Shown here: positions 9,958 to 19,820 of the stretch, in pieces | How the letters are laid out: each line of letters starts with the position of its first letter | Position numbering within the stretch: the first letter of the stretch is position 1 | From: Candidatus Pyrohabitans jungbluthii | GTDB lineage: Archaea; Hydrothermarchaeota; Hydrothermarchaeia; Hydrothermarchaeales; BMS3B | Direction of reading: 5' to 3' | Assembly: GCA_002010065.2 (NCBI GenBank) | Contig: MTMD02000008.1 | Location: 160,001-224,000 of the forward strand | DNA: 64,000 nt | Notes under the pieces: model-generated | What the model was told of the DNA's origin: nothing | The model's database searches: none | The model's input: the letters and a program-made list of their open reading frames with translations, nothing else | Made by a program: the position numbers and the translations under genes

Positions 9958-10398
9958 CTACTCCACGACCGGCGGCTGATTGGTAACTATCCAGTAGAGC
10001 TGGATATTTTTTATTGTTTCCATAAAGTCTTTAAAATTTATGGGCTTTACGATGTAGCTATTTGCCCCCAAGTCATAACAGGTTTCTATATCTATGTCGT
10101 TTTTTGATGTGGTAAGCATAACCACAGGAATTCTTCTGAGAACCTCTCTTGACTTTATGTACCTCAGCACCTCGATGCCGTCCACCTTTGGAAGCTTCAG
10201 GTCAAGAAGAATAAGCCCGGGGTGGGGGGCATCTCCCCTCTCCACACGCTTTAAGAACTCCAGCGCCTCCGCGCCGTCTCTTGCGACATGTATCTTATTC
10301 CCGAGGTTGTTCTTTTTGAAAGCCCGCAATGTGAGTTCAACATCATCTTGACTGTCTTCAACAAGCAGTATCTCTATCGCGCTGACCCTGTCCATCAT
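9958..10398 (-). CDS. Single-domain response regulator (Rcp1-like)
   Basis: ILLVEDSQDD, LLDLKLPKVDG, GANSYIVKP; start placed at the ATG overlapping the upstream kinase stop. Confidence 0.9.
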   Translation of the reverse strand: MMDRVSAIEILLVEDSQDDVELTLRAFKKNNLGNKIHVARDGAEALEFLKRVERGDAPHPGLILLDLKLPKVDGIEVLRYIKSREVLRRIPVVMLTTSKNDIDIETCYDLGANSYIVKPINFKDFMETIKNIQLYWIVTNQPPVVE

Positions 10399-11831
10399 CG
10401 CTTCACCTCCTTGGGAAGGGTGAAATAGAAGGTAGATCCCTCCCCCGGTGTTGACTCCGCCCATATCTTTCCACCGTAGGTCTCGACGATCTTCTTAACC
10501 ATGGCGAGCCCCACGCCTGTTCCTTCGTACTCGTCCTCGCGGTGCAGTCTCTGAAATATATCAAATATTTTGTCGTGGTAGCGCATGTCAAATCCTATGC
10601 CATTGTCCTTCACATAGAATAGGTAGCGGTCGCCTTCATCGCGGTAACCGATCTCTATTTCCGGCACCTCCTTGTCGTTGTACTTTAGAGCGTTTGATAT
10701 AAGGTTGGTGAAAATCTGATAAATTCGCTGCTTCTCGGCGTTCTTTATCACAGGAAGCTTTTCGGCTATTTTTATTTTTGCATTCTTCTTGTTTATCTCG
10801 TAGCTGTTGTCCTCCAAGGCAAGAGCTACCACCTCTGCTACGTTCACATCTCCCCGTACCAAGTTTATCCTCCCTATCCTGGAGTACTCAAGGAGCTCAT
10901 CTATGAGCACACCCATCTTACGCGCGCTTGAGATTATCCTATCAAGGTAGTGCTTTGCATCACCATCCAGAGTGTCGCCGTAATCCTCGAGGAGCGCAGT
11001 GGAGAAGCCCTCGATGCTGCGCAGGGGAGCCTTGAGGTCGTGGCTGATGGAGTAAACAAAGCTTTCTATCGCCTCATTTTTGCGCTTGAAACTCTCGCTT
11101 AGGGACTTCCGGAGGTTGTTGAAGGCGGTTGCAAGCATGCCTATTTCATCGCGCGATTTCACGGATATATCCTCTACTTCCTCCCCCTTCTGAATCTCCT
11201 TTGCGCTTCCTTCCACCTCCTTAATCAGCTCCTTTAAGGGTGTGCTGACGATTTTTCTGCTGAGGTAATAAACCACAACTAGGATGGAGATGGTAAGAAG
11301 CTGAAGGGTAACAAGTATGTAAAAGAAGTTTCTTTTCATGGCCATTGCTATGTCCCCATAGGGCGCAACAACGCTAACACTCCCCCTCAGCTCACCTATT
11401 TGATAATCGGGATGACAGGATATGCACCTCTCGTTTGTGTATAGCGCTCTTAGATACCTGAAGTAGCGGGTTCCGTCCTCAGCGGTTACCACCGTGTAGT
11501 ACTCAGATGTGTTCTTCTGCTTGAACATCTCCATGACACGCTTTTCCAACTCATCCGGGGCGTTTGCAGGATTTACAGGCTCGAGAGAGGTCTGCTTGAG
11601 TTTATATCCAGTAACCTCGGTGAACTCCGAAGCAACGCGAGAAATCAGCTTATGGTCTTCAATCTGAATGAGAAGCTCGGAGATGGTGCGTGAGCGCTCA
11701 AGAATCTGCTCATCGAGGCTGCGCTTCTGATAGTTGAAAATTATTATGCTTCCAGCGGAGGAAATTCCAATAATCACTACTGTAAGTGCAAGAGCCAGCT
11801 TTGTTCCTATGCTGAGGTCTCTCAGATTCAA
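10395..11831 (-). CDS. Membrane sensor histidine kinase with heme-c (DUF3365/Tll0287-like) domain and HAMP
   Basis: TM, then PVNPANAPDELE..CISCH, TM, HAMP, SHDLKAPL H-box, HATPase; probable TTG start after GGAGG. Confidence 0.88.
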   Translation of the reverse strand: MNLRDLSIGTKLALALTVVIIGISSAGSIIIFNYQKRSLDEQILERSRTISELLIQIEDHKLISRVASEFTEVTGYKLKQTSLEPVNPANAPDELEKRVMEMFKQKNTSEYYTVVTAEDGTRYFRYLRALYTNERCISCHPDYQIGELRGSVSVVAPYGDIAMAMKRNFFYILVTLQLLTISILVVVYYLSRKIVSTPLKELIKEVEGSAKEIQKGEEVEDISVKSRDEIGMLATAFNNLRKSLSESFKRKNEAIESFVYSISHDLKAPLRSIEGFSTALLEDYGDTLDGDAKHYLDRIISSARKMGVLIDELLEYSRIGRINLVRGDVNVAEVVALALEDNSYEINKKNAKIKIAEKLPVIKNAEKQRIYQIFTNLISNALKYNDKEVPEIEIGYRDEGDRYLFYVKDNGIGFDMRYHDKIFDIFQRLHREDEYEGTGVGLAMVKKIVETYGGKIWAESTPGEGSTFYFTLPKEVKR

Positions 11832-11979
11832 AGAGATGCCTCCGTTTATATAATTTTTTATACCGAAATACTGATTTATTGAAACAAATTTCACTTGTGC
11901 GGTCTCCACGCAGGAAGAGAAAATGGAATGCAGGATTTATTAAATAGCTGGGGAGAATACCACACCGGCAGGAAGTTGT

Positions 11980-12237
11980 CTAACCACCTGACACAGGAGG
12001 GAAGAAGGCAATCTCATCCTCGTCCTTAATTCCTTGCTCCGGCTGCGCCACTTCGTGATTCACAGAGACAAAATAATTTCTTCCCTCGAAGGCTTCGGTG
12101 AGCGCAGGAAAGCGCTGCTTCAGCGCCTCTATAACGTCGCTAACCTTTGCCCCTTCTTTAACCTCAAGCTCAACCTCTGCAACGCCAGCCTTCTCGCGGA
12201 ACCAGGCGAAGAGCTTCACCTTTACCATCGCTTTCAT
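11980..12237 (-). CDS. moaD: MoaD/ThiS/SAMP ubiquitin-like sulfur carrier
   Basis: VKVKLFA.FRE.AG..DEDEIAFFPPVSGG with C-terminal diglycine. Confidence 0.88.
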   Translation of the reverse strand: MKAMVKVKLFAWFREKAGVAEVELEVKEGAKVSDVIEALKQRFPALTEAFEGRNYFVSVNHEVAQPEQGIKDEDEIAFFPPVSGG

Positions 12238-12254
12238 AGCCCAGGTTAACGTTG

Positions 12255-15044
12255 TCAATCCCAGTACATCCTCGTTCGAGCGTATTCGCGCTCAGCCTTT
12301 AAAATCTCCCGGTAGAGTTCCTCCTCGTTTAACGCCCTGCTGAGCACGCGCTTGGCTGTTTCAGGTCCAACTCCACGCCCTGCCTGTGCAATTATTGCGC
12401 TCTTCCCGTAGGAAAGGAAGAGGTTCGCCGACAGCTGGAGCTTTTTTATCTCCTGCTTTTCCTCTTTGCTGAGCTTCTTCCCCTGCTTATAACTCCTGTA
12501 AAGACTACGCAGCCTTCTCGCATCTCCCTTGAGCACCGCTAACATGCGCGCCTGGCAGTGCTCACAGCGCAGGTCTTTTGGCAGCGAATTTATCTTGAAG
12601 CTCGCATGCCACGAGGCGCAGTAAAGGCAGAAGAGCTCAACCCTGCGCTCCCCTATGCGCCGCTTAAGCGCCTTAAGAATGAGCCTCTCGGCTCGCTCAG
12701 GCAGAACCACCTCGCCATAGCTGCGCAGCCCCATCTCGGCTATTGGCGAGGGCTCATCGCGACGCAGCACCTCCACCTCCAGCTTACCCTCGCGTACCCT
12801 GCGAATCACATCACACGCGCGCGGTATGTCCAGGTTGTCCTTGAATATCTCTTTCAGCGTCTCCCGGTGTATGAGCGAGCCCTCATACGCGCGTATCACT
12901 CTGCGAATGCCCGCACTGGTGTAGGTGTAGTCTTTCGCTATCGCCCCGAAGCGCTTGGCAACGTGCACAAACTTCCACTTGAAAAGAGAGGTTCTCTTCA
13001 AGCTCGTAGCGAGCAAGGGCTCAATGTGGTCTGGCTCAACCTGAAATAGCGAATAAATATCCTCCTCGCCTAAACGAGTGCCGGACTGAAGTATAATCCT
13101 GTACGCATCGCTTTGGAGCGCAACGCTCTGTCCAAGCTTTGAGGTTAAAAGCAGGGAGAACACCCTGCCAAGGGTTTCGTTCACCTTCATGCCAAAGGGC
13201 GCGTGAATAATCGCCAGCCCTCCCAGAAGCTCCACATAAATCTTGCTCTTCCCGGGTACAGGTATGCCTTTGCGCAGGTGACGCTTGACCTTACTTACAG
13301 CCTGCTTTCTCGTGTAATCATCACAGGGGTAAGAAGCGAGAGCTTCCTCTGCCTTGCTTTTCGCCTTATCGCGGAGTTCTGCCACCTCTTGTGCTACTTC
13401 ATAGGGCACAGGTATCTCCTCACCCACCCAGCTTGGCACGGCACCAGTGACCTCGCTTATGGGCTCAACAAGTATCTGCTCGCCATCTATAGCGACCACA
13501 CGCCAAGGTGAACCTTTGAAGATTATCCTGCTCCCCGGCTCTGCATAGTTAACCACGAAAGCTTCGTCGAGCACGCCCACGTTTTCCCTAGTAACGAGAT
13601 TCTTGACGAAGTAACGCTTCTCATCGGGTATGGTCGAGAGGTTGTTGTAGTAGTACTGCCGCGAGTTTCGCGTTGCCCCGAAGCGCTCTTCTTCCACCCA
13701 GAGAAGGCGAAGTTCGGCGAGCAGCGAAAGCGCCTCCTCCAGCTCCTCCTCTGTGAGCTCCGCAAAGGCAAAGCTCCTGCGCAGCAGAGCAAGCGCCTCT
13801 CGCTTCTCCACCCGCTTCCGCTCCAGAGCCAAACCAACCAGCTGGTGGGCAAGCACATCATAGGGCTTAAGATGGGGCTCTATCTCCTCCAGAAGCTCCT
13901 CCTTAGCTCGCCTCGCTATGGCGAGCGCTTCAAGGGTATCATCGGCGTCGGTGGTTATAATAACACCCTTAGAAGCCAAGCCCAAGCGGTGTCCACTCCT
14001 TCCCACGCGCTGGATGATGCGCGAAACCTGGCGCGGAGACTTGTACTGGATTACCAGGTCCACACTCCCAATATCGATGCCCAGCTCCAGAGAAGAGGTG
14101 CAGATGAGCGCTTTGAGCGCGCCCTTCTTAAACTCCTCCTCCGTGGTGATTCGCACCTCCTGAGAAAGCGATGAGTGGTGTATACCGACGCTCTCGCCTA
14201 TAATCTTAAATCTCGAAGCGAGAATCTCCGCCATTTCGCGGGTGTTCACAAAGATCAGCGCATGCCTGTGCTGTGCTATAAGCTCGCGCATCCTGCGCAG
14301 CCTTGTGGCGGCGGCTATGCCAGTGAAGAGGCGCTCCGCTATTTTGCGGTCCTCGCTTTTTGGCTTCGGATACTCCACGCGAATGTCCATCTCCTTAGCG
14401 GTGCTCACCCTCACTATCTCCACAGGCGCATGGTTGCAGAGGAAGCGCGCCATTCTCTCGGGGGAACCCACAGTGGCACTTATACCTATGCGCTGAAAAT
14501 CGTATTGCGCAAGCTCGCGCAGACGCTCAAGGGCAACGCTGAGCTGCGCACCCCGCTTGTTCTCCGCGAGCTCATGCACCTCGTCCACCACAACGTAGCG
14601 CACATTTCTCAGATGCCTCCGCATCACCGGCGCGGGTAGAATCGCCTGAAGCGTCTCTGGCGTAGTTATGAGCATCTCCGGCGGAGCCAGCGCCTGCTTC
14701 CGACGCTGATACTGGGAGGTATCGCCGTGGCGAACTGCGATGCGTATCCCCAGCTTCTCTCCCCACCACTCTAAGCGGGAGAGCAGGTCTCGATTAAGGG
14801 CACGCAGGGGTGTGATGTACAGCAACGAGATGCCTTTGCTTTTCGCCTCTTCCTCAGCCAATTTACTGAAAAGAGGGAGCATAGCTGCTTCTGTCTTGCC
14901 GATGCCTGTGGGAGCTATGAGAAGCACATGTCTGCGGCTGAGAATAACTGGAATAGCCGCCTCCTGAATAGGGGTGGGCTTCTTAAAACCCGACTCGCTT
15001 AGCACATTGCGCACTCGCTGAGATAAAAGGGAGAAGGACTTCAT
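12255..15044 (-). CDS. lhr: Archaeal Lhr-family DEAD/DEAH helicase
   Basis: APTGIGKT, DEVH, SAT, TSSLELGIDIG, QRVGRSGH; C-terminal CxxC..CxxC. Confidence 0.92.
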   Translation of the reverse strand: MKSFSLLSQRVRNVLSESGFKKPTPIQEAAIPVILSRRHVLLIAPTGIGKTEAAMLPLFSKLAEEEAKSKGISLLYITPLRALNRDLLSRLEWWGEKLGIRIAVRHGDTSQYQRRKQALAPPEMLITTPETLQAILPAPVMRRHLRNVRYVVVDEVHELAENKRGAQLSVALERLRELAQYDFQRIGISATVGSPERMARFLCNHAPVEIVRVSTAKEMDIRVEYPKPKSEDRKIAERLFTGIAAATRLRRMRELIAQHRHALIFVNTREMAEILASRFKIIGESVGIHHSSLSQEVRITTEEEFKKGALKALICTSSLELGIDIGSVDLVIQYKSPRQVSRIIQRVGRSGHRLGLASKGVIITTDADDTLEALAIARRAKEELLEEIEPHLKPYDVLAHQLVGLALERKRVEKREALALLRRSFAFAELTEEELEEALSLLAELRLLWVEEERFGATRNSRQYYYNNLSTIPDEKRYFVKNLVTRENVGVLDEAFVVNYAEPGSRIIFKGSPWRVVAIDGEQILVEPISEVTGAVPSWVGEEIPVPYEVAQEVAELRDKAKSKAEEALASYPCDDYTRKQAVSKVKRHLRKGIPVPGKSKIYVELLGGLAIIHAPFGMKVNETLGRVFSLLLTSKLGQSVALQSDAYRIILQSGTRLGEEDIYSLFQVEPDHIEPLLATSLKRTSLFKWKFVHVAKRFGAIAKDYTYTSAGIRRVIRAYEGSLIHRETLKEIFKDNLDIPRACDVIRRVREGKLEVEVLRRDEPSPIAEMGLRSYGEVVLPERAERLILKALKRRIGERRVELFCLYCASWHASFKINSLPKDLRCEHCQARMLAVLKGDARRLRSLYRSYKQGKKLSKEEKQEIKKLQLSANLFLSYGKSAIIAQAGRGVGPETAKRVLSRALNEEELYREILKAEREYARTRMYWD

Positions 15045-15047
15045 AGG

Positions 15048-15815
15048 CTAGCTTTTCCTCTGAATGTGCAGCTCTATTGCTCGCTCCATTGTAAGCTCGC
15101 CTTTGGCAACTCTCTCCGCGAGGGCTCGTGAGATAGTTATGTTCCCGCTGCGCTGTCTGCTGTCTCGCTGTATGTTTTTAATCTCACCCAGCGTGGCCTT
15201 TATCTCCACCCTCTCCTTCAGTTTGCGTCCCTGCTTCAGGGCTATGTTTATCGCCGCGATGATATCACGAATCGATGGCTGGACGTCACCTCTGCCCAGC
15301 GAAGGCGTTGTAGCGTGCTCATTCACTATCTCAATATCAAAGCTGAAGCTCTCCTGCAGTACCTTGAGCAGACGAAGCCTGAATACCCCACCCCCGTTGC
15401 CCACCTTTATTCTCACCCTCTTGCAGGAGTATATACGCAGAATATCCTTAAGGGCTTTCTTCACCGCTTCAGGGGAGTTGAGCCGAGCCACATGCACAAC
15501 ACTCCCGTCGCCCACCACCGCTAAGCCCGGCTTCTCTCCGGGGTCGATGCCTATGATGAGTTCGTCGTAATGCTCCCTGAGCCCTTTGGAGAGGGAGTAC
15601 GCCTTCTCCACCGCTATGCCTACGCTCTTCTCGGTTGCGGCGACAACGCAGGGAAAGTCAACTCTCTCTGCTTCTGACTCGCTAGTAAGCACTACCTTAA
15701 CCTTCCCTGGAATCTCCTCTCTGAAGGTCAGGCTGTAAAATTCAAGCTTTTTTCGCTTCAGCTCCTTTGCAAAGAGGTAGTATAACCTGGGTATCTCAGT
15801 TAGCACCGCTATCAA
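15048..15815 (-). CDS. Conserved archaeal protein with RNase H-like (YqgF/RuvC-type) domain
   Basis: IIGIDPGEKPGLAVV, VGNG, VNEHATT, DIIAAINIA. Confidence 0.65.
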   Translation of the reverse strand: MIAVLTEIPRLYYLFAKELKRKKLEFYSLTFREEIPGKVKVVLTSESEAERVDFPCVVAATEKSVGIAVEKAYSLSKGLREHYDELIIGIDPGEKPGLAVVGDGSVVHVARLNSPEAVKKALKDILRIYSCKRVRIKVGNGGGVFRLRLLKVLQESFSFDIEIVNEHATTPSLGRGDVQPSIRDIIAAINIALKQGRKLKERVEIKATLGEIKNIQRDSRQRSGNITISRALAERVAKGELTMERAIELHIQRKS

Positions 15816-15918
15816 GCGACAACCTCGATTACTGCCATAAATTTGACGTGTTAAAATTTAAATTGCCCTTGCAGGGGGATGGAAAACCTTTAAGTCCTGA
15901 TAAACCAAAGTTACTCTC

Positions 15919-16332
15919 ATGATACCCAAAGACGTGCTCAGGGCTTTTGATAATCTTTGCTACCCTGATAAACCCCTTGTGTGGGTGGCGACCTGCAGCG
16001 AAGACGAGCCCCACCTCGTACCCGTGTGCTTCGTAAAGGCGCTCAACGACGGCAGGCTGCTCATAGGCAACGTTTTTATAAAGCGGACAGAGCGCAACAT
16101 TGAGAGCAATCCTCGTGTTGCCGTGGGCGTAGCCTTCAAGCGCGAAGGCTGGGACGGCTACCTGCTCAAGGGCAGAGCAGAGGTTCTGAGAGAGGGTGAG
16201 TCCTTTGAAAGCTTCAAGCGTGAGGTGCTGGACAGGAGCGGCGGCAAACGAGAGTTAAGCTCTGCGCTTCTCGTAGACGTGGAGGAGGTTTATTCACTGG
16301 CGCCGAAAAAGGGGAAGAAAAGGGTGGTTTAG
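15919..16332 (+). CDS. Pyridoxamine 5'-phosphate oxidase-like FMN-binding protein
   Basis: VATCSEDEPHLVP..TERNIESNPRVAV..LLKGRAE split-barrel pattern. Confidence 0.82.
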   Translation: MIPKDVLRAFDNLCYPDKPLVWVATCSEDEPHLVPVCFVKALNDGRLLIGNVFIKRTERNIESNPRVAVGVAFKREGWDGYLLKGRAEVLREGESFESFKREVLDRSGGKRELSSALLVDVEEVYSLAPKKGKKRVV

Positions 16333-17240
16333 AGCCTCAGCTTCTCGCTGTAGTGGTGCCCCTCCGGGTGCACCTCCTCAATAATCTCGCAATAGAATAT
16401 GTCCTTCTCGGTAAGGGGCTTCGAGAGGTAGCCCAAGTCGAGCATCACAGGCACAAAACGCATTGTAGCTTTGATGTACTCCCGGGGTAAAGCCGCGCAG
16501 TACCGCGGAGATAGTTTCATCGCCGCGAGTGCGAAATCGCTGTCCACGAAGCCAAGTACTGAGGCCGCTACCTCAGCCGCTTTTCTCGGGCGGTTGATTA
16601 TGAGGTTGCTCGCCTCTTCGTGCACCTCAAGGAACACGCGCAGCGCCTTCGAGTCGAGAAAGTCTTCGCGCGCAATTATCCCGTAGCTGGGATTGAAGGG
16701 CCAGAGCCTCGCCGGCGGGAGGGCAATTCTAGCGCCCAGCTCGCGCTCAAGCAGTGCCGCGAGAGCAGGCGTGCCGATGGCTGCAGCTATTTCCTCAGCC
16801 TCCATCGCGAGGGGTATGAAGTCCGCCCACGGGTAGTTTATAACCTCGGTCTCTATGCTGTGCTCCCTGAGAAGGTGGCGCAGGATAATGTCATGGATTG
16901 AGCCTCTCGGGGGGGAGCCTATGCGCTTGCCCTCAAGCGAAGTAACGATATCCTCAACACTCTGCCCATCAACGCCTTTAGCTGTGCACAGGGCTGTGCC
17001 CTCCACGTGTCCCCCGGCAACGCATTTTATCTCTGCCCCCTGCGCTATGCCTATCATCACAGGGGGTAGGCCAATATAGCCAATGTCCACCTCGCCCCGC
17101 TCCAGCGCATCTACGATGGCAGGGCCGCCTCCGAAGAGTTTCCAGCTTGCGCTTACTCCTCGACTCTCAAGCATGCGCAGCCCGCGAATGATTAAGGCGG
17201 TATGGTAGACCGTAGAGAGGTGTCCAACTCTAATCCTCAT
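16329..17240 (-). CDS. NMT1/THI5/SsuA-fold binding-protein-like protein lacking a signal peptide
   Basis: FGGGPAIVDAL.RGEVDIGYIGLPP, LEGKRIG.P.RGSIHD; no N-terminal hydrophobic segment; overlaps the comDE stop. Confidence 0.8.
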   Translation of the reverse strand: MRIRVGHLSTVYHTALIIRGLRMLESRGVSASWKLFGGGPAIVDALERGEVDIGYIGLPPVMIGIAQGAEIKCVAGGHVEGTALCTAKGVDGQSVEDIVTSLEGKRIGSPPRGSIHDIILRHLLREHSIETEVINYPWADFIPLAMEAEEIAAAIGTPALAALLERELGARIALPPARLWPFNPSYGIIAREDFLDSKALRVFLEVHEEASNLIINRPRKAAEVAASVLGFVDSDFALAAMKLSPRYCAALPREYIKATMRFVPVMLDLGYLSKPLTEKDIFYCEIIEEVHPEGHHYSEKLRL

Positions 17241-18354
17241 CTCTCAGAAACCCCATCACATTTGCTTTGATATCCTCGGGCGATAGGGGGATGTTACTCA
17301 CGCGAGCGTTGCCAGGTTTTGTTACCACGTGCACAAAGCGCGGCGCATCGCCTCGGTGCATGGCTTCGACTACCTCTTCAGGCGTAGAGGCGCGGGAGGC
17401 ATTTTCTATGCCCATCGCCCTTGCAAGCATCGCCAGGTCGGCGCTTCGCATCGTCGCGGTTGGCTGGTTGCCTGTGCTGCCGTAGGCAGCGTTGTCCATT
17501 GCTAAGATGGTTAAATTCCGCGGCGCCATCTCAGACACCGTTGCTAGGCATCCTGCGTTCATGAGCAGGCTCCCGTCGCCATCTATAACCACAACCTCCT
17601 TTCGCGTACCCAGAGCTATGCCAAGCCCAATGGATGTCGCCATGCCCATACTACCAAGCATGTAGAAGTTTGAGCGCTGGTGGAGCACGTGGTACAGCTC
17701 CTTGCTGGGCACGCCCAAGTTGCTCACCACCACCTTACCGCGGAGCTCCTCTCTTATACCGGCGAGAATCTCAAAGCGCGTGTGCTTCGCGGTAGCTTCT
17801 TTGCCCTCAAAGCTTCTCCTAGCTACAGTTCTGTCTTCACCCTCCCAGCGAGGCATCTCAAAGTCGCTGCCCTCCCATACCTTAGGGCTGAGCAGCGCCG
17901 CAGCAATGCGACTCTCCTCGAAGGCGATGGAGGCAGCCTCAGCTATTTTTGGTATGTCCTCCCTCTCCTGAACCTCAACAAAATCTATCTCCAGCGCTTT
18001 AAGCAGCCTGGGTACAAACATACCCATTGGCTTCTGGGCCACTATAGCCTCTTTGTAAACCCCCCGCCAGCTTATCAAGATAAAAAGGGGAAGCTCATAC
18101 AGCTTGGTGAGCGATGCTAGGGCATTGATCATGTTCCCTATGCCGGAGGTTTGCACCAGCATCACGGGCTTCTCCCCGGCGAGCGCAGCGCCTGCGGCTA
18201 TGCCTACACCTTCTTCCTCACGGGTAAGAGGTACATGCCTGAATTCTCTGGCAATGAGATAATGCAGCGCTTTAACCTTATCACAGGGCAGCGTCAAAGC
18301 GAGGCTTGCACCAGTGTCTTTTAAAAGCGCGACCACATCTTCCTCTGGACTCAT
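17230..18354 (-). CDS. comDE: Fused sulfopyruvate decarboxylase (alpha+beta)
   Basis: LPCD, REEEGVGIAAGA, QTSGIGN; NFYMLGSMG and DGDGSLLMN..DNAAYGSTGNQ ThDP motif; follows cysteate synthase. Confidence 0.9.
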   Translation of the reverse strand: MSPEEDVVALLKDTGASLALTLPCDKVKALHYLIAREFRHVPLTREEEGVGIAAGAALAGEKPVMLVQTSGIGNMINALASLTKLYELPLFILISWRGVYKEAIVAQKPMGMFVPRLLKALEIDFVEVQEREDIPKIAEAASIAFEESRIAAALLSPKVWEGSDFEMPRWEGEDRTVARRSFEGKEATAKHTRFEILAGIREELRGKVVVSNLGVPSKELYHVLHQRSNFYMLGSMGMATSIGLGIALGTRKEVVVIDGDGSLLMNAGCLATVSEMAPRNLTILAMDNAAYGSTGNQPTATMRSADLAMLARAMGIENASRASTPEEVVEAMHRGDAPRFVHVVTKPGNARVSNIPLSPEDIKANVMGFLRDED

Positions 18355-19607
18355 AGCTCAAGCTCCTTAAGTTCGCGATCGCTCGCATTTTTGCTGAGAG
18401 TATAGTCTTCCTTTAATCTGTGAAGCTTTTTATCCTTTCGCAGCCTTGCGCTTCCGCCGCCGGTAATGTTGAGTAGCACCCTCTCGTGCCTACGAATGCT
18501 TCCATTTTCAACTGCCTGCAAAAGTGCTGCCACTGCCACGCTGGCAGCAGGGAGAATATCTATCCCCTCCAGCCTTGCAAAAAGTGCCTTGGCGCGCTTT
18601 GCCTCGCTGTTCTTAACCCCGTACATCTCTCCCCGCGTGGCCACAAGCGCGTCGTAAACCCCACCTGCTATGCCATAGGGAGGGTAGCGGTTTGAGAGCA
18701 CCCGCGCGTAGATCAGGTCGAGCACATTCTCAGCCTGCGGAATGTCCTCCTCAGGCACAATCTCCCGCCTGCCGGCACGCCATGCGCTGTACATAGGTGC
18801 AACAGGGAGATTCTGGGCCAGGTGAAGCCTGGGCAAAGCTTTACCAAAGCGGCCATCCTCGCGAAGGCGGAGCGCCGCCTCGTAAGTTGCTATCGCACCC
18901 GTACCGCTTCCCACCGCTTGGAAGTAGTGCTGTGGCATGCACCCCATTTCAAACACTGCATCGAGCAGAACTGTAGCCAAGCCATCTCTGCGAGCTATAT
19001 TCCTAGCACCACCCTCATAGGTAAAGCCCTTTATTCTGGAAAGTCGCTGGGCTATTGCGATGCTGTCCGAGTAGTCGCCGTCGGTAATCATGACCGTCTT
19101 CACATACCTCCTGTCATAGCGTGGAAGAAAAACTCCGCACAGGCATTTCCTAGGCACGAGGAGTACCACCGGGAAGCGCTCCTGCGAGGCTGCAGCTGCG
19201 AAGGCTTTTGCGGTATTGCCTGCAGAGGCTACGACCAGCTTGGTGACACCGTTCTCCTGTGCATAGCGTATAGTTACCGCAGCTTCAAGCTCCTTGAATG
19301 TGCAGGTCTCCATGCTTACCCCTCGCTCTGGCCAGTAGCCGTTGAAGGTGATGTAGAGGTTTTTAAGCCCAAGTTCTTCCGCTAGACCCTCGCTTTTATA
19401 GGTTACCGGTTTCTCGCTGTAGCTTGAAGGCTCGTTTACAGGCAGCCAGTCGATGAAGCGCCATATCCCGGGGAGGTCCCTGAGAGTCAACTTTTTCTCT
19501 GGATAGATGCTTCTTGTTAATCCTTTGTGGTTAGGGCAGACGAAATTAAATGAAACATTCTTCCTAACCTCTCCCCCTTCGAGGCAAAGCAGATGAAACT
19601 TCTCCAT
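18351..19607 (-). CDS. Cysteate synthase (threonine-synthase-like PLP enzyme)
   Basis: FNGYWPERG, TCTFKELEA (PLP Lys), ASAGNTA, EGGARNIARRDG, VLSNRYPPY, NITGGG. Confidence 0.9.
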   Translation of the reverse strand: MEKFHLLCLEGGEVRKNVSFNFVCPNHKGLTRSIYPEKKLTLRDLPGIWRFIDWLPVNEPSSYSEKPVTYKSEGLAEELGLKNLYITFNGYWPERGVSMETCTFKELEAAVTIRYAQENGVTKLVVASAGNTAKAFAAAASQERFPVVLLVPRKCLCGVFLPRYDRRYVKTVMITDGDYSDSIAIAQRLSRIKGFTYEGGARNIARRDGLATVLLDAVFEMGCMPQHYFQAVGSGTGAIATYEAALRLREDGRFGKALPRLHLAQNLPVAPMYSAWRAGRREIVPEEDIPQAENVLDLIYARVLSNRYPPYGIAGGVYDALVATRGEMYGVKNSEAKRAKALFARLEGIDILPAASVAVAALLQAVENGSIRRHERVLLNITGGGSARLRKDKKLHRLKEDYTLSKNASDRELKELEL

Positions 19608-19820
19608 GAAGATACCTCAGGGGTTAGGAAAAAATCCTACCATGGATAGTATAATTTGAAAATCATCCAAAAAATTATAGCACTTTAAAAGATGATTTTC
19701 ACCTGTCAACTTCATGGAGATGGTGGGGAAGAAGAGACGGGACTATAAGGGTAATGCCAGAGAAATTTGAGGCATATATTTAAATAGAACAAAGAGATAC
19801 TATTATATAGGAACGCTTTC

